From the human T2T-CHM13v2.0 reference genome, Homo sapiens, in assembly GCF_009914755.1 (NCBI RefSeq), contig NC_060932.1: a stretch of 64,000 nt of DNA. One strand, 5' to 3'. Made by a program: the position numbers and the translations under genes. Below, piece after piece: positions 17,660-31,170 of this stretch (positions are counted from its first letter, which is position 1; every line of letters begins with the position of its first letter). A model generated the notes under the pieces. It saw nothing but the letters and a program-made list of their open reading frames with translations. It was not told the DNA's origin and ran no database searches.

Positions 17660-17985
17660 GTAGCAGACACCCTCAAACTCGAGAAGATTTTTAGGAACTA
17701 CCTGTGTCTGGCTGGGCACAGTGGCTCATGCCTGTAATCCCAGCACTGTGGGAGGCCGAGGTGGGAGGATTGCTTGAGCCCAGGAGTTCAAGACCAGCCT
17801 GGGCAACATGGAGAACCCTCATCTCTATAAAATGAAAATAAAAATAAAAAGAACTACCTATGCAGAGGCTGCCCATCAAACCAATTGCACTGAGATTTCT
17901 CTGTGAGGGTCTCAGCATCTGTCCACATGTTTCTGAACCTCCTAGGGGTTCTTATTGTATTGAGAGTTGAGGATCACTGCTCTAG
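17660..17985. mobile_element. MER5-type hAT-Charlie remnant, apparently split by a FLAM
   Basis: accaattgcactgagatttctctg...gttgaggatcactgctctag resembles the MER5 terminus. Confidence 0.5.
17710..17850 (+). mobile_element. FLAM (free left Alu monomer)
   Basis: Single left arm followed by an A-rich tail, flanked by gaactacct(g/a)tg. Confidence 0.88.
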
Positions 17986-18138
17986 CAAGTGATATTTCTT
18001 TTCGTTAAAATTGAATACAGAGCCAATAATTTACTGAGAAATTGAAAACCAATGAATAAATAATTAAAATGGCAATGATATAGGAAAGCTTTATGCTTTT
18101 TCACTTATCTAAATTCACGAAACTGTTTGGACATTGTA

Positions 18139-18427
<289 letters not shown>

Positions 18428-18725
18428 TTTTTTTCTTTTTTTAATTAAGCCTGATCAGAACCTTTGACACCCCCCTCTTGGCTTCTACGCCAGTGACTGC
18501 AGTCTGTGGCCACAAGGAGATGAACTGTCACTTCCCCTCCTCCCCAACCCCCTCCTCAAGTGCACTCAAGCAGAGCTACTCCCGTTTGCCCAAATAATTT
18601 TTGATTCCCTCTACCTCATTAATACAATGTTCCTGATTCTCTGAATTGCAGATGGGCAGACAAAATGTACCCAGGAAAAGTGACACCCTCCTATAAGAAA
18701 ACATGTGGTGGGTTATCTCTGAGCC

Positions 18726-18904
18726 CCTGCTGTTAACGTTCTACACTAAATGCCCTTTCTAATGCTGGGAGTGTCCCTCAGGGCGGCCGCACCCCTCACC
18801 TCACTTCTGAGGCAGGGTTCTGAACACCTGCTGTTAACTTTCTACACCAAATGCCCTTTCTGACCTCAGGGTAGCCGCACCCCTCACCTCACTTCTGAGG
18901 CAGT
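18726..18904. repeat. Two-copy ~101 bp tandem duplication
   Basis: cctgctgttaac.ttctacac.aaatgccctttct and gccgcacccctcacctcacttctgaggcag each occur twice; copies start at 18726 and 18827. Confidence 0.9.
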
Positions 18905-19100
18905 GTCAGCACTCAACACCTTCTGCTGATTGTGTCATTTTGAATAAGAAGAGAAACAAAAACAACAAACGTGTTTCTTCTTTGTGAACCCCGAAAAGAG
19001 CATGCAGGCTCTGAGGTGGGTCATTGATAAGACAGCAGGTCATACCTGAAATCAAACAACCCTTTAAAGACACAAAGAACTCCAGAAACTGCACTTCCAA

Positions 19101-19996
19101 TCTTGATTAAAAAAAAGCCAAATTCTGTAAAATATTTGAAGAAGTTTATTCTGAGCCTAATCTAAGTGACCACAGCCTGTGACACAGCCTCAGGAGGTCC
19201 TGAGAACTGGTGTCCAAGGTGGCTGGGTTACCACTTGATTTTATACATTTGAGGGAGACAGAAGTTACAGACAAACGAATAAATCAATAAATGGAAGGTA
19301 TACATTGGTTTGGTCCAGAAAGGAAAAATGTCTTGAAGCTGACAGGGGTGGGAGGGGTTGGTTACAGGTCACATGTGGATTCAAAGACTGAAAGAGTTAA
19401 GCTTTGCCTAAAAAGTTGCAATGGGTAGAATGAAATGCTTTAAGATTAAGGGTGTTGTAGAAGCCAAGGTTCTTGGTGTGTAGATGAAGCCTCCAGGTAG
19501 CAGCTTCAGAGAGAATAAATGGTAAATGTCTCTTATAGGACCCTAAAGGGTGTCAGACTCAGTCAAGTCTCTCCTGGATCAGAAAATGACCTAGAAAGGG
19601 ATGGAGATTCTCTATAGAAGCCAAGTTTCCTCCACAAGAAATAGCTTTGTGGGGCTGTTTCAAAATATGCCAAATAAATATATTTTGGGGATAAAATACT
19701 CCGATTTCTTCAGGGCTTGCTATCTATTATGTGATGCTATACCAGAGTCAGGCTGGAACTGAGTATCTTATTGCTACCAAGAATCTGTTTTGTCAGTCTT
19801 GGGTTCTCTGTTGTTTCATGTAAATGCTGGTCATTTGCACCTGAATTGCAATGGGAGAGGGTATAAGGAGGTGTGTCTGACCCCCCTTTCCCGGCACGGC
19901 CTGAAATCATTTTTCAGGTTTCTTTCAGATCCCCTTGGCCAAGAGCAGGGCTCCATTCAGCCAACTGGGGCTTTAGAATTTTATTTCTGGCTTACA
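19101..19996 (-). mobile_element. Solo ERV1 LTR, MER4 family
   Basis: Minus strand starts TGTAAGCCAGAAATAAAATTCTAAAGCCCC (MER4-like). Exact 4-bp TSD CCAA at 19097-19100 and 19997-20000. Confidence 0.88.
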
Positions 19997-22888
19997 CCAA
20001 ATACCCAAACTTTGCATGAAACTTTTGAAAAGATCCCAAGTCTTTGCATTAAAATTCTAAAAAATGGTATCAAAGAAGAATGGCGATGCTCCCAACACCT
20101 GCATAAAGCAAGCGGAGAAATCTGACACATAGATCAAGCATTTGATAAAAGGCCAAGATTTTTAATACATCATTACATATAAGGCAGTGTGAGAAGCGGG
20201 CAGAAGCTCGCTCGTCACCAGGCCTGGAAGAGTGTCATGGCGGACAAGGCTGGGGCAGTCACGGGGGAAAACAGTCCACAAGGAGGCGCCACAGGAGCAG
20301 CCGCTGAACCAGCAAAGCAAATCCCGTTGGGATCTACTCAGTTGTGATGTAAGTGCAGTTACAGGAGCGCTCATTAGCATAATACTGAGCAATAGAGCGG
20401 TGGACATGAGAAGTGAGACCCCAACCACAGGGAGAAATCAAAACCACTTCTGCCTCCACTGTGGGTGCTGCTGAAAACACGGAGGTTACAACACGCTGAT
20501 CCTCTTGATTGCCGAACTGGATAAGATGTTTTTCGTTTTCCCTAAGGGATTTTTGCAGCTACTTGAAGAAAACAGAAGCCTGTTGCTGTTGTTTTCTTTT
20601 AAATTGGGCATAGCTATTTGACACAGAGGACGCCATCACTGACAGTGGCTGGACGGGGCCCATGCACTGACGAAGGCGAGACCGCCTTTTTCCCCTGTGC
20701 AGACTTCTGCTGATGACTCCCAGAGACAGATGCTTGGTTAAGAGGCAAACTGCCTTTCAGATTTTAATGTTCAGGAAGGAGAGATAAACCCGTTGGAGTT
20801 TATAAATAAAGACCAGAATGGCTTTCTCATTTGCTGTGATAAACTTTTGAGATTTCTGCAACAGATGAAATCATGAGGTATTTGTCTTCACACGCAATGT
20901 TGTAGCAAATAACACTTTTTTTCTCCGTAGTGGTCTGGCTGATACTTTTCAATCTTAGAATTATGTCAGGAAGAAAGTTACAAGTAGGTGCTAATGATCT
21001 TCAACACCCCCTCCCTTTAATTCTTGCTAATTCCGTCATAACAAAGAAAATAAGTTCAGCAGGAGAAGACCAACATCAGAGCTGCCCACAGGAGAGACAC
21101 CAGATGAACGTGAAATGCAGCCCTGCACCCATTCACCTGGAGACGTCCAGGTTGGGCACTCAATGCGTGTGAGCCCAAGGGCTTCAAAAATCAATTAACC
21201 ATGTGGTTTTCTCGTGCTAGGAGGCCACTCCACCTCCTCCACATTCTGGGCTTTACCTCCAACTTAAATCCACACTGCATAGAGTCTTCCTAGTTGTACA
21301 AAATAACTATTGCTTGCACAAGGCTGTGCAAAGTTCTCAATGCTTTGTTCTATTTCCATAAATTACAATTAACATTTTATCTGTTTAGTAGTTTTATTTT
21401 TCTTCCCCCACCCCCTGCTCCCACTGTTTGGGGAAACTTTAGGAGAAAAAGAATGCAAAATGAACAATTACAAAAGACAGCTAACTCATATCAAGGAGAA
21501 TGACTGTCTTTGTGGAAATTAAGTGCCTGTTTCTAAGTACCATGCATATTCATAGTGCTTATTTATGTCCTGATAATGGAAGTGTCATCTGCTGTGAATG
21601 CCCAAATTCATCCTCGTTTTCCAAACGAGTCCACGGTTGATGACGAAGGAACCCTGTGGTACATTCATCTTTGCTGCAGTGACACTTAACACCCCGGCCC
21701 TTTAGAGCTTTTGAACCACTTTCATTGAAATTGCAAACAAACTCAATTATCTTGTGATTTTAATTAGTACAAAAATAACCTATTTTGTTAACAAGAAAGA
21801 AACTGATTTTACAACAAAATTGGTCAGGTATATTTGAAAAACTAGCACAATGAGGTAACTGCAGAGAGAAATACTACCCTGCATGGCACCAGGCCCAAGA
21901 GGGGGCTTAATAAATATTATTTCATGCTGATGCTGATAAGGGTAACACTTCATAAGGCAAAGGAAACAATCTTGGGCCACTGCTATCATTAGATTTTCTG
22001 ATGGATGCCTACTCTCTTCCTGTTTTTCAAGAAACTTAGCATTGAGCTGAGGCATTTTGGATACAAATGACAATAACACAGCTCAAAGGCTGTTCCTGTT
22101 GTGTTGCATTCATTTTTGCAGAACATGGTGAAAAGGAGATCGTAAATCTGGATTTCATTACTGAACTCATGTTTAGAATCCCATGCAACTCCTGAGAATT
22201 CTGCTACAAAACACTTCTGCCAGAGATATTTGCTGAGGAGAGAATCATGCCCACATGGAATTCCTTGCAACTGGCCTCATGAGACAGTTCTTGTCCATAT
22301 TGAAAATGAAGTGGCCAGCACAAGGCACAGCCTCTTACTTGGAATATGTTCTATGCAACAAATTCGTCTTTAGAGTGGATATTAATATTGCATTAAACAC
22401 TATTACAGCCATTGTAATTTTTGTAGCAATACAGTGAATATAAAATGACAGTTACTCCATTAACTATGAAGCACTTTTTTATGAAGGTCTGCTGGTGAGT
22501 GTGTGTGGGAGTGTGTGCATGTGTAGGTGCATGTACATGTGTACATGTTTACTCATTTAAATCCTCCCCCTGTTGTGTTAGAGATCATTGATTACCATGC
22601 ACTTCCCCCCCTCCCCCCACCACTCTGTCCATCTGAAAACACCAGCAGTCACAAGAGGGCTTTCATACAAAGAGAGTTGGGGAGGTGGACATTTGCCAAC
22701 AGAGGTCTTCTACATCTAGGAGAGTGCTGGAGGTCCATTTGCACAACCAAGTGATATGCTGGGTGGAGTCATAAAAAAGAGAACGACCAGAACTTCAAAT
22801 GAATGCGAACCTTTGATCATGATAAATACCATACAATGATGCTTGCTTGGAATGTGTCACAGAAATGATGAAGCAAAATACCACTCAC

Positions 22889-23030
22889 CTAGCGATTTTA
22901 GAAATGCTAATTGATGTCATAATCTTTGACTTTGAACAGTTGTTTATAAACTGAATTTCTGGCTTTTCTAAATACCTAGAATTCTACACACCCCGCCCAC
23001 CTTTGAGGTTTGTTTAAATACAGATGGCTG
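22889..23030 (-). other. Candidate internal exon (142 nt, stops in all three frames)
   Basis: Acceptor ggtttctctgtctacAG| and donor TAG|GTGAGT on the minus strand. No transcript evidence. Confidence 0.3.
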
Positions 23031-23839
23031 CTGTAGACAGAGAAACCAGCTCAGAAGAGTGTGGTTGTGCTATGATCTCTGAAAATTACTGCACTGTCTG
23101 TTAACAGTGCATAATCAGGTTCACCATTATAAAAAGGGGACTTAGTTCAGTCTTACTTTATGCAGGGAATTATACTGGGGCTTTAAATTATTAATATATT
23201 AAGGTATATACAAAGATAATATATACAAGAGATGTTGAATTACCAACCAAAGACCACATTGGGGCAAGGTACATTGGGTATCAATCACAAAAGAGCAGGG
23301 ACTGTGCCTCTTTCTTCCACAGTCCTCCTACATCTGTTTCATGTCCTATTATACAGCTGGAAAAAGCTGCTGAATTAAACTGGACTTGCAGCCCCAGAGC
23401 GTGACGTCACATCCAAGAGGCCATCAGTAGCAGGTCTTTGTTGAGCTGCTGAAAAGGAATTCTCCTGTAACTGGAAGCAAGTAGGAGAAATTTCCCCAGT
23501 TCCTTCCCACGCTACAGCATCACATATGGGAAAAGCTAACATCAAGAATGGCCTGGGATGTGCAGAATCTTCCAGTTCTTCATCCTCACTGCCTGACTGT
23601 CGACAGTCCCACAGATTCACAGCCATGGGTGCAGGGGAAGCTTACTCTTTTTTGAACATAGGTTAGAAAAGCAGGAGCACATTTCTAAACAACTGGCTCC
23701 TTTCCAAAATGCATTAAGGCCAGAAGAATGCAAAGTATGAAATCAAGAAAAACTCTAGCCCAACTGAGATCATCTGTGACATTCTTTAGAAGAGTTAGAG
23801 GGACATCCATGTTAAATGGAACAAAAACATTAAGTAAGA

Positions 23840-24400
23840 GATCCATCAATCCCACTTCTGGGTGTTAAAGATTTGAAATCAATGGGTCCAAGAGATATCT
23901 GCACTCCTAAGTTCATTGCAGCATGATTCACAATAGCCAAGTTATGAAATCAGTCTAAGTGTCCATTAAGGGACAAATGGATAAGGAAACTGTAGTTTAT
24001 ACACACAATGGAGTATTATCCAGCCCCTAAAAAGAAAAGAAATTCTGTTATTTGTGACAACATGGATGGAATTGTAGAACATTATGCTGAGTGAAATAAG
24101 CCAAACGCAGAAAGACAAGCACAGCATATCCTCACTTACTTGTGGAATTAAAACAATTGAACTCGGAGCAGCAGAGAGGGGAATGGTGGCTGCAGAGGCT
24201 GATGCCTGGGAAAACACAGACATGACAGTCAAAGACACAAAGCTTCAGTGAGATCGGAGGAAAAGTCTGATATTTTTTAGATCCATAGCACAGCATGCTG
24301 AATACATTCTACATTGTCTATAAAGCTCATAACACCACTTTTTACCCATAAGTACATACAACTATAATTCGTCAATATACAACACAAATTTGTTTTTAAA
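23840..24400 (+). mobile_element. L1MA-type 3' end
   Basis: caatcccacttctgggt, agagatatctgcactcc, acatggatggaattg..gaacattatgctgagtgaaataagcca. Confidence 0.85.
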
Positions 24401-25000
24401 TATTAAACACTAAGAGCTCTTTCCAACCTTTTCCTTGTAATCACCAAAAGTCAGGCTGAATTGCTTCATGGTTGTAAGGCACTCTCACATTTACTATTGC
24501 ATTGGGAAATTAAAGAGCACAGAAGGGGCTCCTTCATTTAATTTCTCAACAGATTTGTCGTAGTAGGGAGCAACGTCTATAAAGATGGTACACTATCAGA
24601 AATGTCTTCAGAACGTCCTGAACAAACGTGACCTTCAGAAGTCATTGATGAAAGTATGCTGCCCTAAATCCTTAATCCAGAAGCTGGGTGGGAGTGGAGC
24701 ATCTCCTTGGGATCAGGGATGTCCGGGTGGGAGAAGAGCACCTCCTTGGGATTTTCTCTGCCTCATTTCTCAAGGGGGCACAAATGGAAGTTTCACAATT
24801 GGAGCCACTGTTAAATAAAGAAATGGAGGAAAAGGAAGTGGAGGAGGAGAGGGAAATGGGGAAGAAGAATTGACTGAAGACAGAATAGTTGGAATACCCT
24901 TGAGAAAGCAATATTTATTTCCACAGGAGTTATTTTAGTCAAAACTATGTTTGAACCAATTGCTAATTGAGTAGGTATCAGACGTTGTGTCACTTTCCTC

Positions 25001-25296
25001 GGCCAGGCGCAGTGACTCACACCTGTAATCTCAGCACTTTGGGAGGCCCAGGCGGGTGGATCACTTAAGGCCAGGAGTTGAGGATCCACCTGGGCAACAT
25101 AGTAAGACCCCATCTCTACAAAGCATATGAAAATTAGCAGGACTTGGAGGTGTGCACCTGTGGTCCCTGTTTGTTGGGAGGCTGAGGTGAGAGGATTCCT
25201 TGAGCCTAGGAGTTCGAGGCTGCAGTGAGCAATGATTGTGCCACTACATTCCAGCCTGAGTGACAGAATGAGACCCTGTCTCCAAAAAATAAAAAA
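25001..25296 (+). mobile_element. AluJ
   Basis: Dimeric Alu. TSD cactttcct at 24991-24999 and 25297-25305. Confidence 0.92.
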
Positions 25297-25309
25297 CACT
25301 TTCCTATAT

Positions 25310-26301
25310 CTTGTCTCACTAAATCCAACATACCAAACAATTCTCCAGAGGACACCAGCTGGGTGTCCTGTAATTCAACTTCACTCTGACCCTGTCTACC
25401 TAGAGAGAGGATCAGATCCCACGGGTTAAAGGACCCTGTCCCATAAGACGGTCCCCACGTCAGATACCAGCCACCACGCTTCTGACTGAATGGCCGCAAA
25501 TCGGGCTCCCAGCACCCCCTTCTTGAGGTCAATTCATTTGCTAGAGCAGCTCACAGAACTCAGCAAAACACTATACTTACATTTGATGGTTTGTTAATAA
25601 GGTTATAATAAAGGACACAGAAGAACAGGCAGATGAAGCGATGGAGAGAGCGGGGTCTTGAAGGTCCCAAGCACAGGAGCATCTGGCCCCATGGAGTTGG
25701 GGTGCTCCACCCTCCTGCCATGCAGCTGTGCTCAGCAGCTTCTTAAGTGTTTTTATTTGGTTTTCTTTGTTTCTTTATTTTTTGAGACAGGGACTTTCTG
25801 TGTCACCCAGGATGTAGTGTAGTGACACGATCATAACTCACTGCAGTGCCAACCTCTTGGGCTCGAGTGACCCTCCCACTTTAGCTTCTGGAACTATAGG
25901 TGTGCAATAGGTGGCTTTTTTTTTTTAAAGTTTTTGTAGAACTGGGGTCTCACTATGTTGCCCCGGCTGGTCTTGAACTCCTAGACTCAAGCGATCCTCT
26001 TGCCTCAACCTCCCAAAGTGCTGGTATTAAAGGCATGAGCCACCACATCCAGCTAATTTTTGTTTGTTTGTTTGTTTGTAGAGATGGGGTCTCTCCATAT
26101 TGCCCAGGCTTGAAAACTCCAAACTTCTAATCACGGCTTGGTCTTTCTGGTGACCAGGCCCATCTAGGAGCCACCAAGAGTTGCTTCATGAGAACAAAAG
26201 ACGTTCCTCTCACTCAGAAAATTCCGAGGGTTGTAGAGCTCTGTGCCAGGAACTGGGGGGCAGAGATCAAGTATAGATTTCTTATTGTATCACAGTATCA
26301 C
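25310..26301 (-). mobile_element. MER21-family LTR, interrupted by an Alu
   Basis: gacaccagctgggtgtcct..aattcaa, cagatccca, ctcacagaactcag. Minus strand starts TGTGATACTGTGATACAATAAGAAAT. Confidence 0.82.
25765..26110 (-). mobile_element. AluJ with an extra partial arm
   Basis: Antisense dimer to ~26050, then a second agctaattttt...tagagatggggtctc segment. Confidence 0.85.
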
Positions 26302-26304
26302 AGC

Positions 26305-26441
26305 AGCCCTCTGGGGTCCCTTCTATAAGGGCACTAATCCCACGACCTAATCACCCCCAAGTCCCTCTCCTAGTACCATCACTTTGGTGATTAAGATTCA
26401 ACATGGAATCTGGGGGTGACACAAACCCTCAGACCATAGCA
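26305..26441 (-). mobile_element. MaLR LTR fragment (MSTB/MSTD/MLT1A-like 5' end)
   Basis: tataagggcactaatccc, gacctaatcacc, ending in cagaccatagca (TGCTATGG on the minus strand). Confidence 0.7.
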
Positions 26442-26870
26442 AGTTGTCACCATCTTATTAATGTATTTTAAATGTTAACATTTTGTCACGCTCCAAACAT
26501 TTTGCTCTGTTGGCTCCCTGATGGGAAAGCCCATGCTTGGGGACCCTCCCCCAGCTCTTCCTGTGCCCATGTCCCGCTGGGGACCCTGTCACATCCACAC
26601 TGCCAAGACTCTGGGGGGCCGAGTCTTCCAAGAGCTGGGCAGAACAAAAGCACATCGGACTCAAGAATGGGGAGTCAGTCCCTGGGCCCGGCACTCACAG
26701 CGCCCTCTGTCCTCGTCTCCTTTACTGCTCAGGTCATCCAGCTGTCCCCAGAGCGCATGCCCTCTTCGAGGACAAGACCCCCACTATAGACCCTAGGCCA
26801 AACTGAACAAGTGCTTTTCATATGGATACAGATTTATGTTACTTACTCTAAAATTGTTTAGAGCTCATGA

Positions 26871-27192
<322 letters not shown>

Positions 27193-27384
27193 TTAAGTAT
27201 TTTTTACAAGTACAATGACAATAATGAAATTTTACCTGGGATTTCACCTGAGAATTCTCCAAAAGTGTACTGCCTCTTTTCCCTTATTTCTTAGAGTGGG
27301 GATGACACCCTCACGTTATGTTATACAGCGGTGAGTAAGATGTGCTTCATTGTTAGGATGGAGTGGTATTCAGTACATATCATT

Positions 27385-27996
27385 TATTTTCTTATTTTTG
27401 TTTTTTGAGACAGGGTCTCGCTCTGTTGCCCAGGCTGGAGTGTAGTGGCACCATCACACCTCACTGAAGCCTCAACCTCCTGGGCTCAAGCTATCCTTCC
27501 TCCTCAGCCTCCTGAGTAGCTGAGACTACGGACGAGTGCCACCACGCCCAGCTAATTTTTGTATTTTTTGTAAAGGTGAAGTGTGTTTTTTTTTTTTTTT
27601 TTTGACAGAGTGTTGCTTGTCACCAAGGCTGGAGTGCAGGGGTGCAATCTTGGCTCACCACAACCTTCGCCTCCTGGGTTCAAACGATTATCATGCCTCA
27701 GCCTCCCGAGTAGCTGGGATTACAGGTGTGTGCCACCACACGCAGCTGGTTTTTGTACTTTTAGTAGAGATGGGGTTTAACCATGTTGGTCAGGCTGGTC
27801 AAAACTCCTGATCTCAGGTGATCCATCCGCCTCGGCCTCCCACAGTGCTGGGGTTACACCCATGAGCCAACACGCCCGGCCAGACAGGCCATTTCCATGA
27901 TGCCCAGGCTGGCCTTGAACCCCTGGGTTCGAGCAAACTGCCAGCCTCAGTCTCCCAATGTCCTAGGATTACAGGCGTGAGCCACTGCTCCCAGCC
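27385..27996 (-). mobile_element. AluJ interrupted in its middle A-rich linker by an AluS (27586-27881)
   Basis: The outer Alu stops at ttttttgta (~27572) and resumes at agacagg..ccatgatgcccagg (27882). The inner copy is complete with its own poly-T. Confidence 0.88.
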
Positions 27997-30189
27997 AGTA
28001 TACGTAATTTAAATGTTTTACAATTAATTATTTAAATTAAATGACTTAAACAAAATTATTCGAATGATGTAAACACCCTAGAAATAAATCCGGGTATTAA
28101 GAAGGAAGAATCACGTTCCAAGGGAAAAGGAGCTAATATTAATCCAAAACATTTGGTGCACTATACATAGTTATTTAGTATATTTACTAAATGTAGTGTG
28201 TATAAATAGTCACCAGATAGGTAGGTAAAGACAGCAAGGGAGATTGAATTAACATTACTTTTAGAAGTCAACCGGAGCTACTCAGGAAAGGCCCAGCACT
28301 AACATAAAGGGATGAATCGGCCAGGCTGGCCAGTAGGGGATAGCGAAGACTGTGGCAAAACCAAGTGTATGCCTAGCCAACATCATGTTCAGGTTACTTC
28401 TCAAACCAGCCAGCACCTAAACCACACGCCTCTGTGGGCTGACAATACATATTTGGGCCAGATGAGGCCTGCAGACGGTCAGCCCCTAAAGAGATGTCTG
28501 GTGAGGAAGCTATTTTGAGCTGAGACTGGACAGCTGAGAAGTGTTAGGGACTCATTAACACTTCCCAACCTAAACAACAGTTTAATTCAAGCTGGACAGA
28601 GCTGAGACATGGGCAGGCCTGAAGCAGAGTGAATGAGAGATGGAGAAAAGGCTGTTTATAACAATTAAGGTAGAACCCACAGAAGCATTTATAAGCTTTG
28701 GAAATAAGGGTTTTAAAACTATTGCCCTGGTAGGTACTTTTTACATCATGTAAGTAAACCCTAAAATGGCCAACATATCTAGGTTTAAAGAGCAATATTA
28801 AAAAAGCTCATTTTCTCCATTTTCCCTGCAAGAGATAATCCTAAACATCCATTGTATCAAGCTAGTCAGTCTCTACCTTGAACGTGGTTGCAACTGTAGG
28901 TGGCACAGATAATGACGTTTGGAAGAATTAAGTGATTTTGTATTAAAAAGCCCTTATTTCTGAATATATATGGGATATTTTGGAAAGAGGTATACACATG
29001 GATTCCTTTTTAATTGGAGATTAGATGTTTAATCATACTCTCAAAATGATCCATGTAGACCAAAATGTGAAGTTGTGCTGGTCTATAGCGGTGTTTTCCA
29101 GCTCTGGATCTCCCTGCAACAGCAGCCTCAAGACCCGTGAGTTAATCAGAAACAGAACGAGCGGATCCACCCGCCCAGCGAATCAGCCTCTGTGGGGCGA
29201 GGCCAGGGGGCTGAGGACAGGCTCTCCAGGTGAGTGACCCAACGCGGCTAAAATATATGACCTGCGGTCCTGGCTGCACATCCTCAGAGACTTCTCAGTG
29301 AAGTAATTTGGTACAGATTTTAGGAAAAGATATTTATGTTGTCTTTACTAACCAGAACCAGTTTAAATACAGTCTTTTAGAAGGAGAGGAAACAGAATCC
29401 ATCCTATTTTTCCAGAGGTAACTTTTGTGTGTGTGTGTGACTCACATCTGTTTTCTGTTTCCCATTCGGAAAGTGTCTCCAGGGTAGTGGCCTGCACCCT
29501 ATGAGCATGTCCACTAACCAAATGAACGAGAGGTATTCAATCACTTAGGTTAGTTAAAGTCTGTGTGATTCCCCAAGGTTTAGCTCACAGGTGAAAGGGC
29601 ACATGCTTTCAATGAGATCTAAAGTTTTTGGCAAGTTGATCGTAAGCCCGAGAGACCCCATGGTTCAAATGCAAGCACATGTGTAGGGCACACACATACA
29701 CGTAGCTGTGGAAGCTTCGTGGATGCACTTTCTCCATCTGCATTTTCCGGAATTTCCCTGCATCACATAGTGAAGGGGAAACCAGATGTGCAGAAAAGGT
29801 TCTCCTCGGGAGGCGAAGGCAAACAGAGCTGTCCTGTTTGCTCCCCACTGAAGCCACTTACACATAACTCTGTAGTCCATAGTCAACAAGATGACTCCAA
29901 GGGGAAGGAGGGAGGAGGAAAGGAAAAAGTCAAGGCAGAGGAGATTAGCTTGGCAACACACAGCCGAGCATCCATCCATATTCTGTATCATATTATCCCG
30001 CCTGCTACACAAGTACCTCACAGCAGATAGCACTGACTGCCTGACTACACACGCCAGGGGCATGTTGCTGGATAGCTGTGCTTTTTCTCCATGTCTGCTT
30101 ACATTTAATCTTCAAATCACTTATACACAGATTTATATACACAAATGCACATATACACATATACATAAACACACCTGTGCAGGTATACA

Positions 30190-30690
30190 CACAAGGACGT
30201 ATACATGATAAAGTCTAGTTGAACTACATTAATCATGGGTACATGCATGTACATACATGCACACATAAGTACATGCTAGAATCCACTTATGCTGATTACA
30301 TTAATCATGGGTGTATTAGTCCGTTTCCACACTGCTATAAAAAATGCCCGAGACTCGGTAATTTATAAAGGAAGATGGTTTATTTGACTCATAGTTCCAC
30401 ATGGCTGGGGAGGCCTCAGGAAACTTACAATCATGGCAGAAGGTGAAAGGGAAGCAAGGCACCTTACTCACAGGGTGGCAGGAGAGAGAAATGCAAGCAG
30501 GGGAAATGCTAGACGCTCATGAAATCACCAGATCTCATGAGACTCACTCATCATCACAAGAACAGCATGGCGGAAACCACCTCCACGATCCAATCACCTC
30601 CCTCCCTCGGCATGTGGGGATTGCAATTCAAGATGAAATTTGAGTGGGCCACAGAGCTAAACCATATCAATGGGTATATGTGAGTACATA

Positions 30691-30732
<42 letters not shown>

Positions 30733-31170
30733 CACAGACATGCTAGAGTCCAGCTACACTGATTACATTAATACATTAATCACGGGTGTATGCGTGTGTG
30801 TGTATATATACATATATATATATATGTATATATACACACACTATGACATGCTAGAGTCCAGTTACACTGATTACATTGACCATGGGTGTACGCGTGTACA
30901 TATATACATACACAAGGACATGCTAGAGTCTAATTACACTGATTATATTAACCATGGTGTATGCCTGTACATATATATACACACACAAGGACAAACTAGA
31001 ATCTAGTTACACTGATTATATTAACCATGGTGTATTCCTGTACATAGATACAAACACAAGGACATGCTAGAATCTAGTTACACTGATTATATTAAGCATG
31101 GTGTATTCCTGTACATAGATACACACACAAGGACGTGCTAGGGTCCAGTGACACTGATCACATTAATCAA
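30190..31170. repeat. ~71-73 bp minisatellite (~8 units) with internal (CA)n/(TA)n microsatellites
   Basis: gacatgctagagtccagttacactgattacattaa.catgg recurs at ~30270, 30737, 30845, 30917, 30990, 31061 and 31132. (CA)n at ~30692-30730. Confidence 0.9.
30312..30669 (-). mobile_element. Solo THE1/MSTA LTR inserted in the minisatellite
   Basis: tgtattagtccgtt...aaaccatatca termini. Exact 5-bp TSD ATGGG at 30307-30311 and 30670-30674. Confidence 0.93.
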
